A stretch of 64,000 bases of DNA, from positions 256,001-320,000 of the forward strand of contig CAXXWC010000010.1 in assembly GCA_963668645.2 (NCBI GenBank). Direction: 5' to 3'. Origin of the DNA: Desulfobacterales bacterium. Its GTDB lineage: Bacteria; Desulfobacterota; Desulfobacteria; Desulfobacterales; UBA2174. Every line of letters starts with the position of its first letter. Position 1 is the first letter of the stretch. Below, one piece after another: positions 1-10,615 of the stretch. The translations under genes and the position numbers were made by a program. A model generated the notes under the pieces. That model searched no databases, had not been told where the DNA came from, and saw nothing but the letters and a program-made list of their open reading frames with translations.

Positions 1-1315
1 AAACCTGGGTGAAGGCCGGATTGAGATAGTCGACCCGGCCTTGCATATCATAGACGATGATCGGATCCGGCGCCGCCTCCATCACCGAACGGTAGTTTTC
101 CTCGCTGATCCGCAAGGCCGCCTCGGCCTCCTTGCGCTCGGCGATCTCGCTTTCCAGGCTGCGGCTGTAATCTTGCAGCCGGTCCATGAAGGTGTTGAAG
201 TAGGCGCTGAGCTGGCCCACCTCGTCGGCGCCATCCTGGCGCACCCGGCCGGAAAAGTCGCCCTGGGCGGCCCGGTCCAGGCGGCCGATGAGCTCTTGCA
301 GGGGAAGGGTGATCGTGCGGCTGATCCAGAAGGTAATGGGCAGCAGCACCAGCCAGCACGCCATGGCGGTAAAGATGATCACCCGGCTGATGGTCTCCAG
401 CGGGGTGTAGAATTCGTCTATGTAGCTCGACGAGGCCAGGATCCACCCGAACCCGGGCAGGTCGTTGAAGATCACCAGCTTGGTGCGCGGTGCGTCTTCG
501 CCCGGATTGCGCCAGTTGTAGATCAGCTTGCCGCGCTTTTGGGCCAGCATGGTGCGGATGGGATGCTCCAGAATCTCGGGGTTTTCCTGAATGCTGAGCC
601 CCTGGAGGGTCGGATGAACGATCAGCCGGCCGGTCTGGCTCAGAATGAAGCTGTAGCCGGTGCGCCCGAAGCGCATGTCCAGGACCCCGTCGCGAAAATC
701 CTCCACATTGACCAACTGCGAAAACTCCGTGCGGTAGCTCGAAGCGTTGATGATCCAGTCCCAGGGTTCGAAGTAGGTGCAATACAGGGCCTTGGGCCGC
801 GGCCGGTCATCACCTGGATTTTGCCACTCGTATTCGATGTAGCCTTCTTTGCGGGTGATCATTTGCTGGACAAAAGCCTGGCTGCTGATATCCTTGCCGA
901 TCCAGATCTTTTCCGGATGGATCAGCATGGTGCCGGTGGAGCTGACGCAGGCGATATAGCCGGTGCGGCCGATCTTCTGGCTCAGCAAAACCGCCTCGGC
1001 CTTGTCCCGGGCGTCGGCCTCGCTCAAGACCCCTTGGCGGTACTGGTGGTAAAAATACTCGACGATTTCGAGATTTTTTTCGGCCACGGCCCGCAGGTGG
1101 TTCTTGATGGAAACCGACACCGCCGTGCGCACCATGTTGAGCAGGGCCGCGGTGGAATTGGTCAGTTCGGCTTCGATGTTGGCTTCGATGGTCCGGCGCA
1201 CCACTTGATACATCACGCTACTGCTCAACGTCAGCGCCAGAACAAACGCCGCCGAATAACTGAAGAGCAGCTTATGCCGGATGGGTAGGCTCTTGAGTTG
1301 CCAGGAAAGCGTCAT
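1..1315 (-). CDS. Membrane sensor with tandem Cache domains, HAMP and PAS; probably a histidine kinase; 3' end runs off the window
   Basis: Not in the ORF track. Hand translation from ATG 1315 is open to the edge: MTLSWQLKSLPIRHKLLFSYSAAFVLALTL (TM), two GRTGY..HP..Y.W.NPG Cache-like units, TM, HAMP (ITLPLQEL..DEVGQL..FN), PAS start (SEENYRSVMEAAPDPIIVYD). Output domain not visible. Confidence 0.8.
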   Translation of the reverse strand, partial: MTLSWQLKSLPIRHKLLFSYSAAFVLALTLSSSVMYQVVRRTIEANIEAELTNSTAALLNMVRTAVSVSIKNHLRAVAEKNLEIVEYFYHQYRQGVLSEADARDKAEAVLLSQKIGRTGYIACVSSTGTMLIHPEKIWIGKDISSQAFVQQMITRKEGYIEYEWQNPGDDRPRPKALYCTYFEPWDWIINASSYRTEFSQLVNVEDFRDGVLDMRFGRTGYSFILSQTGRLIVHPTLQGLSIQENPEILEHPIRTMLAQKRGKLIYNWRNPGEDAPRTKLVIFNDLPGFGWILASSSYIDEFYTPLETISRVIIFTAMACWLVLLPITFWISRTITLPLQELIGRLDRAAQGDFSGRVRQDGADEVGQLSAYFNTFMDRLQDYSRSLESEIAERKEAEAALRISEENYRSVMEAAPDPIIVYDMQGRVDYLNPAFTQV

Positions 1316-1377
1316 GGGACCTCGTTTTTTAAACCAGGGGTGGGGCCGTCCTCGCAGGCTGGGCCCGGATACGGCTT

Positions 1378-3312
1378 TCAGCGAAAGAAATTGACCCAAA
1401 AGACCCGAAACCGGTTTTGCATCTCCTTTTGCAGCCGCACCACCGCCGCAAGGGCGTCTTTGAGCAGGAGCCGGTCCCGCGGGGTCAACTGCCGCGGATC
1501 GATGTAATGATCCGGGGCCTGGCCCTGGGCCGCCTGCCGGGCGTCGCTGCGGATCTTGAAAAGCATCAGGGTCTCGAAGGCGGCCCGGTAATGGTCGGCA
1601 TCTTCGGCCGCGATGGCACCGGCTTCGGCCAGAAGCTGCAGCCGTGCCAGGGTGGCCGGCTCGCTGATGCGCTGGTTGACCGCCAGGAGGCGCAGGGCGT
1701 TGACCATGTGGACCAGGGCCCGGGTCTTGAGGTTCAGCCTGTCTTTGTGGGGGCCGCTTTTTTCGGTGACGATGGTCCCCAGCAGGCTCAGCGGGGCGGA
1801 AAATTGCCGATCGTCGGTGCTCAGCAGATGGCTGGCGCTCATGGAATCCTGGAAGGCGCGAAAAATCGTTTCCCAGAGCGATTCGGCCAGACTGCGGCTG
1901 CCCCACACCGAGCGGCAGTCGAGCAGAATCGTCAACCGGCGCACATGTTCGGGGCTGGGAGAGCCGATCCAGCCGGCCACGGCCCGCTGCCACTCGGAAA
2001 GGGACCGGCACCATTGACTTTCACTGGCCATGACCCCGCCCGGGCAGCGGGCAAAACCGCAGGCGACCAGGCCGTCCACCACGATGGCGCCCAGGCGGGC
2101 AAAATACCGGCGCGCCACTTCGCTGTGCTCCGGCGCAGGATCGGCATACACGATGGCGTTGTCCTGATCGGTGCGCAGGGTCTGCTCGCGCCGGGCCCCG
2201 CTGCCCATGTTGATCCAGCAGTAGGCCGCCGGCGGCGGGCCATGTCCTTCCCGGCGCATCCGCTCCTCGGCCAGCCGGATGACCCGTCGGGTCAGCCTTT
2301 CGTGCAGGGTGCTCATCACCTCGAGAATGTCGACCACCGAAGCCTGCTCTTCGAGCATCGTGCCCAGGACCTGGTCCACGGCCTGGCCGGTACGCACCAG
2401 GGCCTCGATGCTTTGCTGATGATCGATGTCCTGGGCCAGGAGCAGATGGCCGGTGCTGCGGTTGCGGACCAGGTCGGCCATGGTGACCATCCCCACCGGC
2501 AGCCCACGTTCGACCACCAGCAGATGGGCCACTGCGTTGCGCAGCATGGCCACCAGGGCCTGGCCGCTGTAAGCCTCCGGTGCGACGGCAAAAAACTTCC
2601 GGCTGCACACCTGGCCGACCTTGCATTGCGCTACCGGGTAGCGCCGATCGGCCACCAGATGGCGCACCAGATGCCGGGCGCTGAGCATCCCGCAGGCCTT
2701 GCCGTCCGGCTCCAGGACCACCAGGGCCCCCAGGTCCCGGTCCACCATGACGCGGGCCGCCTCGGTTACCGGGGCATCCACCGGGCAACCGACCACCGGC
2801 GTGCTCATGATGTCGCTCACCCGCCGCCGGAAAAGCGGCTCGGCCACGCAGGCATATGCAGGGCGCGACTGTTCGGCGGAAAGCTCGGCAAAGAGCAGGC
2901 GCATCCGTTCGGCCAGGATCGCTGAAAAGAAACCGGACAACTCCACATGCCCGTGGATCAGGGCCTCGAGGGTGCGCCGGGGGATGCAGACCGCCTTTAA
3001 GGGCTGGCGCGCCCGGGCCGCGGCCGGATAGCGCTGCCCGGAAAGGACCGTGGTTTCACCGAAAAAATCGTAGGGCCGGCGCATTCCCACCACCGACTCC
3101 TCCCCGGCTTCGCTGCGCACGGTGATTTCCACCAGCCCCTCGACCACCACCATGAGGCATCCCAGGCTCTGCTCGCCCTGGCGAAACACGTAGTGGTGGG
3201 CCGGCCAGGTGCGCACCCCGGCCGAGACCGCCACCTCTTCCAGGGCTTCGATGCTCAGAATGGCAAACGGTTCGGTGCGGGCCAGTACATCCCTGATGGC
3301 CTTGGGCTCCAT
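1378..3312 (-). CDS. cNMP-binding/CBS/DUF294 nucleotidyltransferase-like signal-transduction protein
   Basis: N-terminal cNMP fold (VFRQGE..VEGLVEI..FFGE), CBS pair (VSDIMSTPV), DUF294 motif MGSGARREQTLRTDQDNAIV, C-terminal LNLK..LRLLA. Confidence 0.88.
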   Translation of the reverse strand: MEPKAIRDVLARTEPFAILSIEALEEVAVSAGVRTWPAHHYVFRQGEQSLGCLMVVVEGLVEITVRSEAGEESVVGMRRPYDFFGETTVLSGQRYPAAARARQPLKAVCIPRRTLEALIHGHVELSGFFSAILAERMRLLFAELSAEQSRPAYACVAEPLFRRRVSDIMSTPVVGCPVDAPVTEAARVMVDRDLGALVVLEPDGKACGMLSARHLVRHLVADRRYPVAQCKVGQVCSRKFFAVAPEAYSGQALVAMLRNAVAHLLVVERGLPVGMVTMADLVRNRSTGHLLLAQDIDHQQSIEALVRTGQAVDQVLGTMLEEQASVVDILEVMSTLHERLTRRVIRLAEERMRREGHGPPPAAYCWINMGSGARREQTLRTDQDNAIVYADPAPEHSEVARRYFARLGAIVVDGLVACGFARCPGGVMASESQWCRSLSEWQRAVAGWIGSPSPEHVRRLTILLDCRSVWGSRSLAESLWETIFRAFQDSMSASHLLSTDDRQFSAPLSLLGTIVTEKSGPHKDRLNLKTRALVHMVNALRLLAVNQRISEPATLARLQLLAEAGAIAAEDADHYRAAFETLMLFKIRSDARQAAQGQAPDHYIDPRQLTPRDRLLLKDALAAVVRLQKEMQNRFRVFWVNFFR

Positions 3313-3597
3313 GATGAAAGGCTCCTCTCACGCCAATGGCATCCGAATCTCTTTCATTAAATGACTCCATTCCGTTTGACAACCGGCTTTCCCCTTGCCA
3401 CCGGGCCCCGCCAAAGCCGGGATCCGCTCTGTTTGCGTGTCAGGCTTTCAAATTGTCGCCGTTTTCCACCGATCTGCCCAGCCCAAACCCATCCCCTCCC
3501 GGACACCCCGGGGAGGCCCATCCCCATCACGTGTCAACTGCAGATTCTTCATCAACGCTCCGGAATGATACGGTGTATAGGAAAGCAAAAATTGCTC

Positions 3598-3626
3598 TTG
3601 ACAAGCCACCGGACGGGTGGTAGCGT
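3598..3626 (+). promoter_or_regulatory. sigma70-type promoter of the tetR-icmF operon
   Basis: TTGACA-17 nt-TAGCGT upstream of tetR. Confidence 0.6.
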
Positions 3627-3631
3627 TCTTA

Positions 3632-3649
3632 TGACTGAGCGCTCGTTCA
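3632..3649. promoter_or_regulatory. Candidate TetR operator
   Basis: Imperfect palindrome TGACTGAGCGCTCGTTCA (14/18) just downstream of the -10. Confidence 0.55.
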
Positions 3650-3715
3650 GATTGCAAGCGCACCCCCACCCCCCCACAAATCTGTTGCAGTTCAGTAGGT
3701 TGCGGAAAGGCCGGC

Positions 3716-4360
3716 ATGAAGGCGAACGGAGCACGCGTGCCGAACATTGAAACTCAGGTCAAGAACCCCGAACTCGTCGAACGCCGCCGGCGCGAAATCG
3801 TCGACGCGGCCGTCCCCCTTTTTATTCAAAAAGGGTTTCACAAGACCACTACCCGCGAAATCGCTGCGGCCACCGGATTTTCCATCGGGCTGCTCTACGA
3901 GTACGTGCGCAGCAAGGAAGACGTCCTCTATCTGGTCTGCGATGCGATTCACGGCGAGGTCGAACGGGGCGTTGACGAGGCCCTCAAGGGGCACACTCGC
4001 GGCCGGGATGCCCTGGCCGGGATGATCCGGGCCTATTTCGAGGTCTGCCATCGGATGAGCGACCATATCCTGCTCATCTACCAGGAAACCCAGAGTCTGC
4101 CGCCCCATTGGCGCAAGCGGGTCCTGGAAAACGAGGTGCGCCTCACCGGCCTGTTCGTCAATGCTCTGGCACGTATCGAAGGGCACGGAGATCTGCCACG
4201 GCTCACGGAAAAATCCATCGAACTGATGGCACACAACATCACCGTGCTCGGTCACATGTGGACCTTCCGACGCTGGTTTCTGGCCCGTCATTACAGCATT
4301 GAGGACTATACCGCCCTGCAAACCGACCTTATCACCGGCCTGCTGGGGGGCCTCGCTTAG
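3716..4360 (+). CDS. TetR/AcrR family transcriptional regulator
   Basis: HTH RREIVDAAVPLFIQKGFHKTTTREIAAATGFSIGLLYEYVRSKEDVL. Confidence 0.93.
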   Translation: MKANGARVPNIETQVKNPELVERRRREIVDAAVPLFIQKGFHKTTTREIAAATGFSIGLLYEYVRSKEDVLYLVCDAIHGEVERGVDEALKGHTRGRDALAGMIRAYFEVCHRMSDHILLIYQETQSLPPHWRKRVLENEVRLTGLFVNALARIEGHGDLPRLTEKSIELMAHNITVLGHMWTFRRWFLARHYSIEDYTALQTDLITGLLGGLA

Positions 4361-4473
4361 CAGACCACGGGTGGGTGCCGTGGTGATCAGAAAAACGAAT
4401 TGATCCAATCCGAGATTCAAAGCGCGCCGTGAAGAAGGCCGCGCGACATGAAACTGCATTCCAAGGAGGGGCC

Positions 4474-7400
4474 ATGAGTGCTGCTGCTGTAGATGTTTAC
4501 AAGCCGGTGCACAATGTCCGGGTCGTCACCGCCACGTCGCTTTTCGACGGCCATGACGCCTCGATCAACATCTTCCGCCGCATCCTGCAGGGAACCGGGG
4601 TGGAAGTGATTCACCTGGGGCACAACCGCTCGGTCAAAGAGGTGGTGGACGCCGCCGTGGAGGAGGATGTCCAGGGGATCGCGATCTCCAGCTACCAGGG
4701 CGGCCACATGGAGTTTTTCAAGTATATGGTCGACCTGCTGCGCGAGGCCGGGGCCGATCATATCAAGGTCTTCGGCGGCGGCGGGGGCGTGATCGTCCCC
4801 GAAGAGATCAAGGAGTTGGAAGACTACGGGGTCGCCAAGATCTATTCGCCCGAAGACGGGGCCCGCTGGGGCTTGCAGGGGATCATCAACCACATGATCC
4901 AGCAGATGGATTTTGCGCGCGTCAGTGAAAAGAGCTTTGATCTTTCCGATCTGAGCCCGGAAAACAAGCTGCGGGTGGCCAACCTAATTACGGCCGTCGA
5001 GCAGGCCAAGGCTCTCGAAAACGGGCATCTGGCGCGGCTGCGGGCCGAACTGCACAAGCAACTGGGCGGGCGCAAGGTGCCGGTGATCGGAATCACCGGC
5101 ACCGGCGGATCGGGCAAATCGTCCATCACCGATGAATTCATCCTGCGCCTGCTCCATGATTTTCCCGAACTGCGGGTGGCGATCATCAGCGCCGATCCGT
5201 CCCGGCGCAAAACCGGCGGCGCCCTGCTGGGAGACCGCATCCGCATGAACGCCATCGACAGCACCCGGGTCTACATGCGTTCGCTGGCCACGCGCCGCTC
5301 CCACACCGAGATTCCCGAATCGCTGTCCGACGCCATCGCCGTGGCCCAGGTGGCCGGTTTCGACCTGGTCATCGCCGAAACGGCCGGGATCGGTCAGGGC
5401 GACAGCCACATCGTGGATCTGGCGGATCTGTCGATCTACGTCATGACCCCCGAGTTCGGCGCCGCCAGCCAGCTGGAAAAGATCGACATGCTCGATTTCG
5501 CCGACATCGTGGTGGTCAACAAATTCGAAAAGCGCGGGGCCGAAGACGCGGTGCGCGACGTGCGCAAACAGATCCAGCGCAACCGGGAAGCCTGGGACAA
5601 GCAGCCCGAGGAGATGCCGGTTTACGGCACCATCGCTTCGAAGTTCAACGACGACGGGGTTACGGCCTTTTATTGCGGGGTCCTGGATGCCATCACGGCC
5701 AAGACCGGGGTCGTGCTGGACAGCCGCCTGCCGCGGCCCGCCGGCAAGGTCTCCAGCTCCAAGACCATCATCATCCCGCCCGAACGCACCCGTTACCTGG
5801 CCGAAATCTCGGAAACGGTGCGCGGCTACCACAAAGACTCCGATGAACAGGCCGGCGCCATCCGCACCCGCTGGCACCTGCACGAAGGGCTCAAGTGCAT
5901 CGAGGCGGGCCTGGACGACAAGGGCGATCAACTGCTCGAACGCTTCAAGGCTGAGGTGGCCGCGGCCGAGGCGGCGGTCCCCCCAGAGGCCGACCGCATC
6001 CTGGACCAGTTTGCCGAATTTCGCCGCTGTTACACCCAGGACGAACTGGTCTACGAGGTGCGGGGCCGCGAGATCCGGGTCCCGCTTTACAGCGAGTCAC
6101 TCTCGCGCAACAAGATCCCAAAGATCGTGCTGCCCGGGTTTGTCGATCCGGGCGAGATCTACCGCTGGATGCGCCGGGAAAACCTGCCCGGGTACTTTCC
6201 CTACACCGCCGGGGTCTTTCCTTTGAAACGGGTGGGCGAGGATCCGACGCGCATGTTCGCCGGCGAGGGGGATCCGGCCCGCACCAACCGGCGCTTCAAG
6301 ATGCTGTCGGCCGCCAGTGAGGCCAAACGCCTCTCGACGGCCTTCGATTCGGTGACCCTCTACGGCTACGATCCGGATCGGCGGCCGGACATCTACGGCA
6401 AGGTAGGCAACAGCGGGGTGAGCGTCTGCACCCTGGACGACGTCAAGGTCCTTTACGACGGGTTCGATCTGTGCGCCCCGAACACCTCGGTTTCCATGAC
6501 CATCAACGGCCCGGCCCCCATCATCCTGGCCATGTTCCTCAACGCGGCCGTGGACCAGCAGCTGGAACGCTTTGAAAAGCAAAACGGCCGCCTGCCGGAC
6601 GCCGGCGAGGCGGCCCGGATCCGCACCGAGACCCTTTCGGTGGTGCGCGGCACGGTCCAGGCCGATATCCTCAAAGAGGACCAGGGCCAGAACACCTGCA
6701 TCTTTTCCATCGATTTCGCCCTCAAGATGATGGGCGACATCCAGCAGTTCTTCATCGACAACGACGTGCGCAACTTCTACTCGGTGTCCATCTCGGGCTA
6801 CCATATCGCCGAGGCCGGCGCCAATCCCATCAGCCAGCTCGCCTTTACCCTGGCCAACGGGTTCACCTACCTCGAATACTACCTGTCGCGGGGTATGCCG
6901 GTGGACAGCTTCGGGCCCAACTTTTCGTTCTTCTTCTCCAACGGCATGGACCCGGAGTACACCGTCATCGGCCGGGTGGCCCGGCGCATATGGGCCATCG
7001 CGCTGCGGGAAAAATACGGGGCCTCGCCGCGCAGCCAGATGCTCAAGTACCATATCCAGACCTCGGGGCGCAGCCTGCACAGCCAGGATATCCAGTTCAA
7101 CGATATCCGCACCACCCTCCAGGCCCTGTGCGCCATTTACGACAACTGCAACAGCCTGCACACCAACGCCTTCGACGAGGCCATCACCACCCCCACCGAA
7201 GAGTCGGTGCGCCGGGCCCTGGCCATCCAGATGATCATCAACCGCGAATGGGGCCTGGCAAAGAACGAAAATCCTTTGCAAGGCGCCTTTATCGTGGATA
7301 TGCTTACCGACCTCGTCGAGGAGGCCGTGCTGGGTGAATTCGACCGCATCACGGCCCGCGGCGGGGTTCTGGGGGCCATGGAGACCGGCTACCAGCGCAG

Positions 7401-7764
7401 CAAGATCCAGGACGAGTCGATCTATTACGAAACCCTCAAGCATACCGGCGAACTGCCCATCATCGGGGTCAACACCTTCCGCGACCCTCATGCCGACGGG
7501 CAGGAGCTGAGCGAGGGCGGTTTCGGGTGCATCGAACTGGCCCGGGCCACCGATGAAGAAAAGGAATCGCAGCTGCGCCGTCTGGCCGAATTCCAGCAAC
7601 GCCACGCCGAACAGTCTCCCGACGCTTTGGCACGCCTCCAGCAAGTGGCCCTGTCCGGCGGCAACATGTTCGCCGAATTGATGCAGACGGTGCGCCACTG
7701 CAGCCTGGGCCAGATCACCCAGGCCCTGTACGAAGTGGGCGGCAAGTACCGGAGAAACATGTAA
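4474..7764 (+). CDS. icmF: Fused isobutyryl-CoA mutase/MeaB-like GTPase
   Basis: B12-binding DGHDAS, GTPase [11 protein letters not shown] and GDRIRMN, mutase RMFAGEG and [27 protein letters not shown] precedes ATG 4474. Confidence 0.96.
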   Translation: MSAAAVDVYKPVHNVRVVTATSLFDGHDASINIFRRILQGTGVEVIHLGHNRSVKEVVDAAVEEDVQGIAISSYQGGHMEFFKYMVDLLREAGADHIKVFGGGGGVIVPEEIKELEDYGVAKIYSPEDGARWGLQGIINHMIQQMDFARVSEKSFDLSDLSPENKLRVANLITAVEQAKALENGHLARLRAELHKQLGGRKVPVIGITGTGGSGKSSITDEFILRLLHDFPELRVAIISADPSRRKTGGALLGDRIRMNAIDSTRVYMRSLATRRSHTEIPESLSDAIAVAQVAGFDLVIAETAGIGQGDSHIVDLADLSIYVMTPEFGAASQLEKIDMLDFADIVVVNKFEKRGAEDAVRDVRKQIQRNREAWDKQPEEMPVYGTIASKFNDDGVTAFYCGVLDAITAKTGVVLDSRLPRPAGKVSSSKTIIIPPERTRYLAEISETVRGYHKDSDEQAGAIRTRWHLHEGLKCIEAGLDDKGDQLLERFKAEVAAAEAAVPPEADRILDQFAEFRRCYTQDELVYEVRGREIRVPLYSESLSRNKIPKIVLPGFVDPGEIYRWMRRENLPGYFPYTAGVFPLKRVGEDPTRMFAGEGDPARTNRRFKMLSAASEAKRLSTAFDSVTLYGYDPDRRPDIYGKVGNSGVSVCTLDDVKVLYDGFDLCAPNTSVSMTINGPAPIILAMFLNAAVDQQLERFEKQNGRLPDAGEAARIRTETLSVVRGTVQADILKEDQGQNTCIFSIDFALKMMGDIQQFFIDNDVRNFYSVSISGYHIAEAGANPISQLAFTLANGFTYLEYYLSRGMPVDSFGPNFSFFFSNGMDPEYTVIGRVARRIWAIALREKYGASPRSQMLKYHIQTSGRSLHSQDIQFNDIRTTLQALCAIYDNCNSLHTNAFDEAITTPTEESVRRALAIQMIINREWGLAKNENPLQGAFIVDMLTDLVEEAVLGEFDRITARGGVLGAMETGYQRSKIQDESIYYETLKHTGELPIIGVNTFRDPHADGQELSEGGFGCIELARATDEEKESQLRRLAEFQQRHAEQSPDALARLQQVALSGGNMFAELMQTVRHCSLGQITQALYEVGGKYRRNM

Positions 7765-7797
7765 ATTTGAGGCCTCAAAGTTAAAACTTAAGATTGC

Positions 7798-7824
7798 CCG
7801 GGTTGCCAAAAAACGGCAACCCGG
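7798..7824. other. Intergenic stem-loop
   Basis: CCGGGTTGCC-AAAAAAC-GGCAACCCGG, perfect 10-bp stem between icmF and the thiolase gene. Confidence 0.55.
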
Positions 7825-7840
7825 ACCAGAAGGAGAGCAA

Positions 7841-9016
7841 ATGAACGAAGCGGTTATCGTCAGTGCGGTGCGCACCCCTTTGGGCAACTTCAACGGATCG
7901 CTGGCCGGCATCGGCGCCACCCGCCTCGGGGCCATGGCCATCGCCGAGGCCGTCCGCCGCGCCGGCATCGACAAGGAGGCGGTCGACGAGGTCATCATGG
8001 GCCAGGTCCTGCCCTGCGGCTACGGCCAGAACCCGGCCAAGCAGGCTGCCGTGCAGGCCGGACTGCCCTGGAAGGCGGAATGCCTGACGATCAACAAGGT
8101 CTGCGGCTCGAGCCTCAAAGCAGTGATGCTCGCCGCCCAGGCGATCCAGACCGGCGACGCCGAAGTCGTGGTGGCCGGCGGCATGGAGAACATGAGCCTG
8201 GCCCCCTACTACCTGGAAAAGGCCCGCTTCGGCTACCGCATGGGGCCCGGCGCCATCCAGGACCACATGGTCCACGACGGGCTGTGGGACATCGTCAACG
8301 ACTTTCACATGGGCATTTCCAACGAGCTGTGCTCGGAAAAGTACAACGTGACGCGTGAAGACCAGGACCGCTATGCGGCCGAAAGCTACCGGCGGGCCCT
8401 GGCGGCGCGCGACAGCGGCCGCTTCGACGAGGAGATCCTGCCGGTGGAAATCCCCCAGCGCAAAGGCGAGCCGCTGGTGTTCAGCCGCGACGAATGCCCC
8501 CGGCCGACGGACTTCGAAACCCTGGGCCGGATGCCGGCCGCCTTTAAAAAGGGCGGGCTGGGCACGGCGGGCAACGCCTCGATCATCTCCGACGGGGCCG
8601 CGGCCACGGTGGTCATGTCCCGGGCGCGGGCCGAAGCCCTGGGCTGCCCGATCCTGGCCACGGTGGGGGCCCAGGCTTCGGCGGCCATCGACATGAAGTA
8701 CGTGCTGGTGGCTCCGATCTGGGCCATCCCCAAGTGCCTGGCCAAGGAGGGCATCGCCCCGGCCGATGTGGACCTGTACGAGATCAACGAGGCCTTTTCC
8801 GGCTCCACGGTGGCGGTGGTGCGGGAACTGGGCCTGGATCCGGCCCGGGTCAACGTCAACGGCGGGGCCGTCTCGCTGGGCCATCCCATCGGGGCCTCGG
8901 GGTGCCGGGTGCTGGTGACCCTGCTCCACGAGATGATCCGCCAGGATAAAAAGACCGGCCTGGCCACTTTGTGCCTCGGCGGCGGCGAGGCCGTGGCCCT
9001 GGTGGTCAAGCGGTAA
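7841..9016 (+). CDS. thlA: Acetyl-CoA C-acetyltransferase (thiolase)
   Basis: NKVCGS, NEAF, GHPIGASG and LCLGGG motifs. Confidence 0.95.
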   Translation: MNEAVIVSAVRTPLGNFNGSLAGIGATRLGAMAIAEAVRRAGIDKEAVDEVIMGQVLPCGYGQNPAKQAAVQAGLPWKAECLTINKVCGSSLKAVMLAAQAIQTGDAEVVVAGGMENMSLAPYYLEKARFGYRMGPGAIQDHMVHDGLWDIVNDFHMGISNELCSEKYNVTREDQDRYAAESYRRALAARDSGRFDEEILPVEIPQRKGEPLVFSRDECPRPTDFETLGRMPAAFKKGGLGTAGNASIISDGAAATVVMSRARAEALGCPILATVGAQASAAIDMKYVLVAPIWAIPKCLAKEGIAPADVDLYEINEAFSGSTVAVVRELGLDPARVNVNGGAVSLGHPIGASGCRVLVTLLHEMIRQDKKTGLATLCLGGGEAVALVVKR

Positions 9017-9020
9017 AAAA

Positions 9021-9056
9021 CATAAATCTTATAGGGCTCATAAACCTTATTAACTC
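9021..9056. repeat. Degenerate 9-bp tandem repeat (4 units), AT-rich, intergenic
   Basis: CATAAATCT TATAGGGCT CATAAACCT TATTAACTC. Confidence 0.5.
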
Positions 9057-9089
9057 CCCCCAAATTCCCAAAGAGGAGGCACCATTACC

Positions 9090-9941
9090 ATGCAGATCAA
9101 CACCTTCGGCGTCATCGGCGCCGGGCAGATGGGCAACGGCATCGCCCAGGTGGCTGCAGCCAGCGGCCTGAACGTGATCATGAACGACATCCAGGACGAA
9201 TTCGTGGCCCGCGGCATGGCCACCATCACCAAGAATCTGACCCGCCAGGTGGACAAGGGAAAGCTGGCAGCCGGCGAAAAAGATGCGATTCTCGGGCGCA
9301 TCCGTACCAGTACGAGCCTCGATGACATGGCGGCGGCCGACTTCGTGGTCGAGGCCGCCACGGAAAATCAGCCCATCAAGTTTAAAATCTTCAAGGATCT
9401 GGATCGCATCTGCCCTGCCGGGGCCATTTTGGCCACCAACACCTCCTCGATCCCCATCGGGCGCATCGCGGCCCAGACCGGGCGTGCGGACAAGGTCATC
9501 GGCATGCACTTCATGAATCCGGTGCCGGTGATGAAGCTGATCGAGGTGATCCGCGGCCTGGCCACTTCCGACGAGACCTTCCGCGTGACCTGGGACCTGT
9601 CCGAGCGTTTCGGCAAAACCCCGGCCGAAGCGAGTGATTATCCGGGCTTTATCGCCAACCGGATCCTGATGCCGATGATCAACGAGGCGGTTTACTGCCT
9701 TTACCACTCAGTGGGCACCCCCGAGGCCATCGACACGGTGATGAAGCTGGGCATGAACCATCCCATGGGTCCCCTGGCCCTGGCGGATCTGATCGGCCTG
9801 GATACCTGCCTGGCGATCATGGAGACCCTCTACGAAGGCTTCAAGGACAGCAAGTACCGCCCCTGCCCGCTGCTGCGCAAATATGTCGAAGCCGGGTGGC
9901 TGGGACGCAAGTCGGGACGCGGTTTTTACGATTACGCTTGA
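9090..9941 (+). CDS. hbd: 3-hydroxybutyryl-CoA dehydrogenase
   Basis: GAGQMGNGIA, TNTSS, GMHFMNP, HPMGPLALADLIGLD. Confidence 0.95.
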   Translation: MQINTFGVIGAGQMGNGIAQVAAASGLNVIMNDIQDEFVARGMATITKNLTRQVDKGKLAAGEKDAILGRIRTSTSLDDMAAADFVVEAATENQPIKFKIFKDLDRICPAGAILATNTSSIPIGRIAAQTGRADKVIGMHFMNPVPVMKLIEVIRGLATSDETFRVTWDLSERFGKTPAEASDYPGFIANRILMPMINEAVYCLYHSVGTPEAIDTVMKLGMNHPMGPLALADLIGLDTCLAIMETLYEGFKDSKYRPCPLLRKYVEAGWLGRKSGRGFYDYA

Positions 9942-9950
9942 GACCAGAGC

Positions 9951-10004
9951 GGGTGCCGGATTGAGCTGCGTGACCGGATCCTTGCCAGGCTGAATCCGGC
10001 ACCC
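9951..10004. other. Intergenic stem-loop
   Basis: GGGTGCCGGATT ... AATCCGGCACCC, 12-bp inverted repeat after hbd. Confidence 0.5.
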
Positions 10005-10035
10005 CGATCACCCCCCCCCACATCAAGGAGGCCCC

Positions 10036-10587
10036 ATGCCAGCCCAAAAAAGTGCCAGCCCGGCTTCCATCGGCCAGAAAATCAAGAAGGTGCGTACATC
10101 CAAGAAGGTCACCCTTGACCGGCTGGCCAACGACACCGGTTTTTCCATCGACTATATCAAGGAGATCGAGTCGGGCAAGACCATCCCCCCGGTGGGCGCC
10201 CTGCTCCAGCTGGCCCGCTCGCTGGAGGTCGACTCGTCCGTACTGCTCAAGGAGCAGGAATCGAAGCTCTCCGACCGGATCAAGGCCTACACCAAGCGCA
10301 CGGACAACTACGCCTACGACACCCTGACGCCGGGGGCGGAAAACAAGCATCTCAAGGCTTTTCGCGTCACCATCCCCGCCGGCCAGGACCATAAAGGGGT
10401 CGGCTATCAGCACGAGGGCGAGGAGTTCGATTATGTGCTCAAGGGGCGCATCGAAGTGATTGTGGGCGACCACGTCAACACCCTGGGACCGGGGGAATCA
10501 CTCCATTTCAACTCCGGAATCCGCCACCAGCTGCGCAACATCGGCGATGAGGATGCCGAATTGATCGTGACCATTTATAACCCCTGA
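10036..10587 (+). CDS. XRE-family HTH regulator with cupin domain
   Basis: IGQKIKKVR..TLDRLA..YIKEIESG HTH and HEGEEF..L.PGESLHFNS..H cupin. Confidence 0.9.
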   Translation: MPAQKSASPASIGQKIKKVRTSKKVTLDRLANDTGFSIDYIKEIESGKTIPPVGALLQLARSLEVDSSVLLKEQESKLSDRIKAYTKRTDNYAYDTLTPGAENKHLKAFRVTIPAGQDHKGVGYQHEGEEFDYVLKGRIEVIVGDHVNTLGPGESLHFNSGIRHQLRNIGDEDAELIVTIYNP

Positions 10588-10615
10588 CAGCCTTTACCTG
10601 CGCGAGGAGAGGTCC

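Noticed and set aside
6097..7998. Long antisense ORFs (633 aa here; also 41..1288, 21702..23429, 23551..25227, 29392..31434, 33961..35466, 36793..38574)
   Set aside because: Shadows of well-supported genes on the opposite strand, expected in high-GC DNA, with no recognisable motifs.
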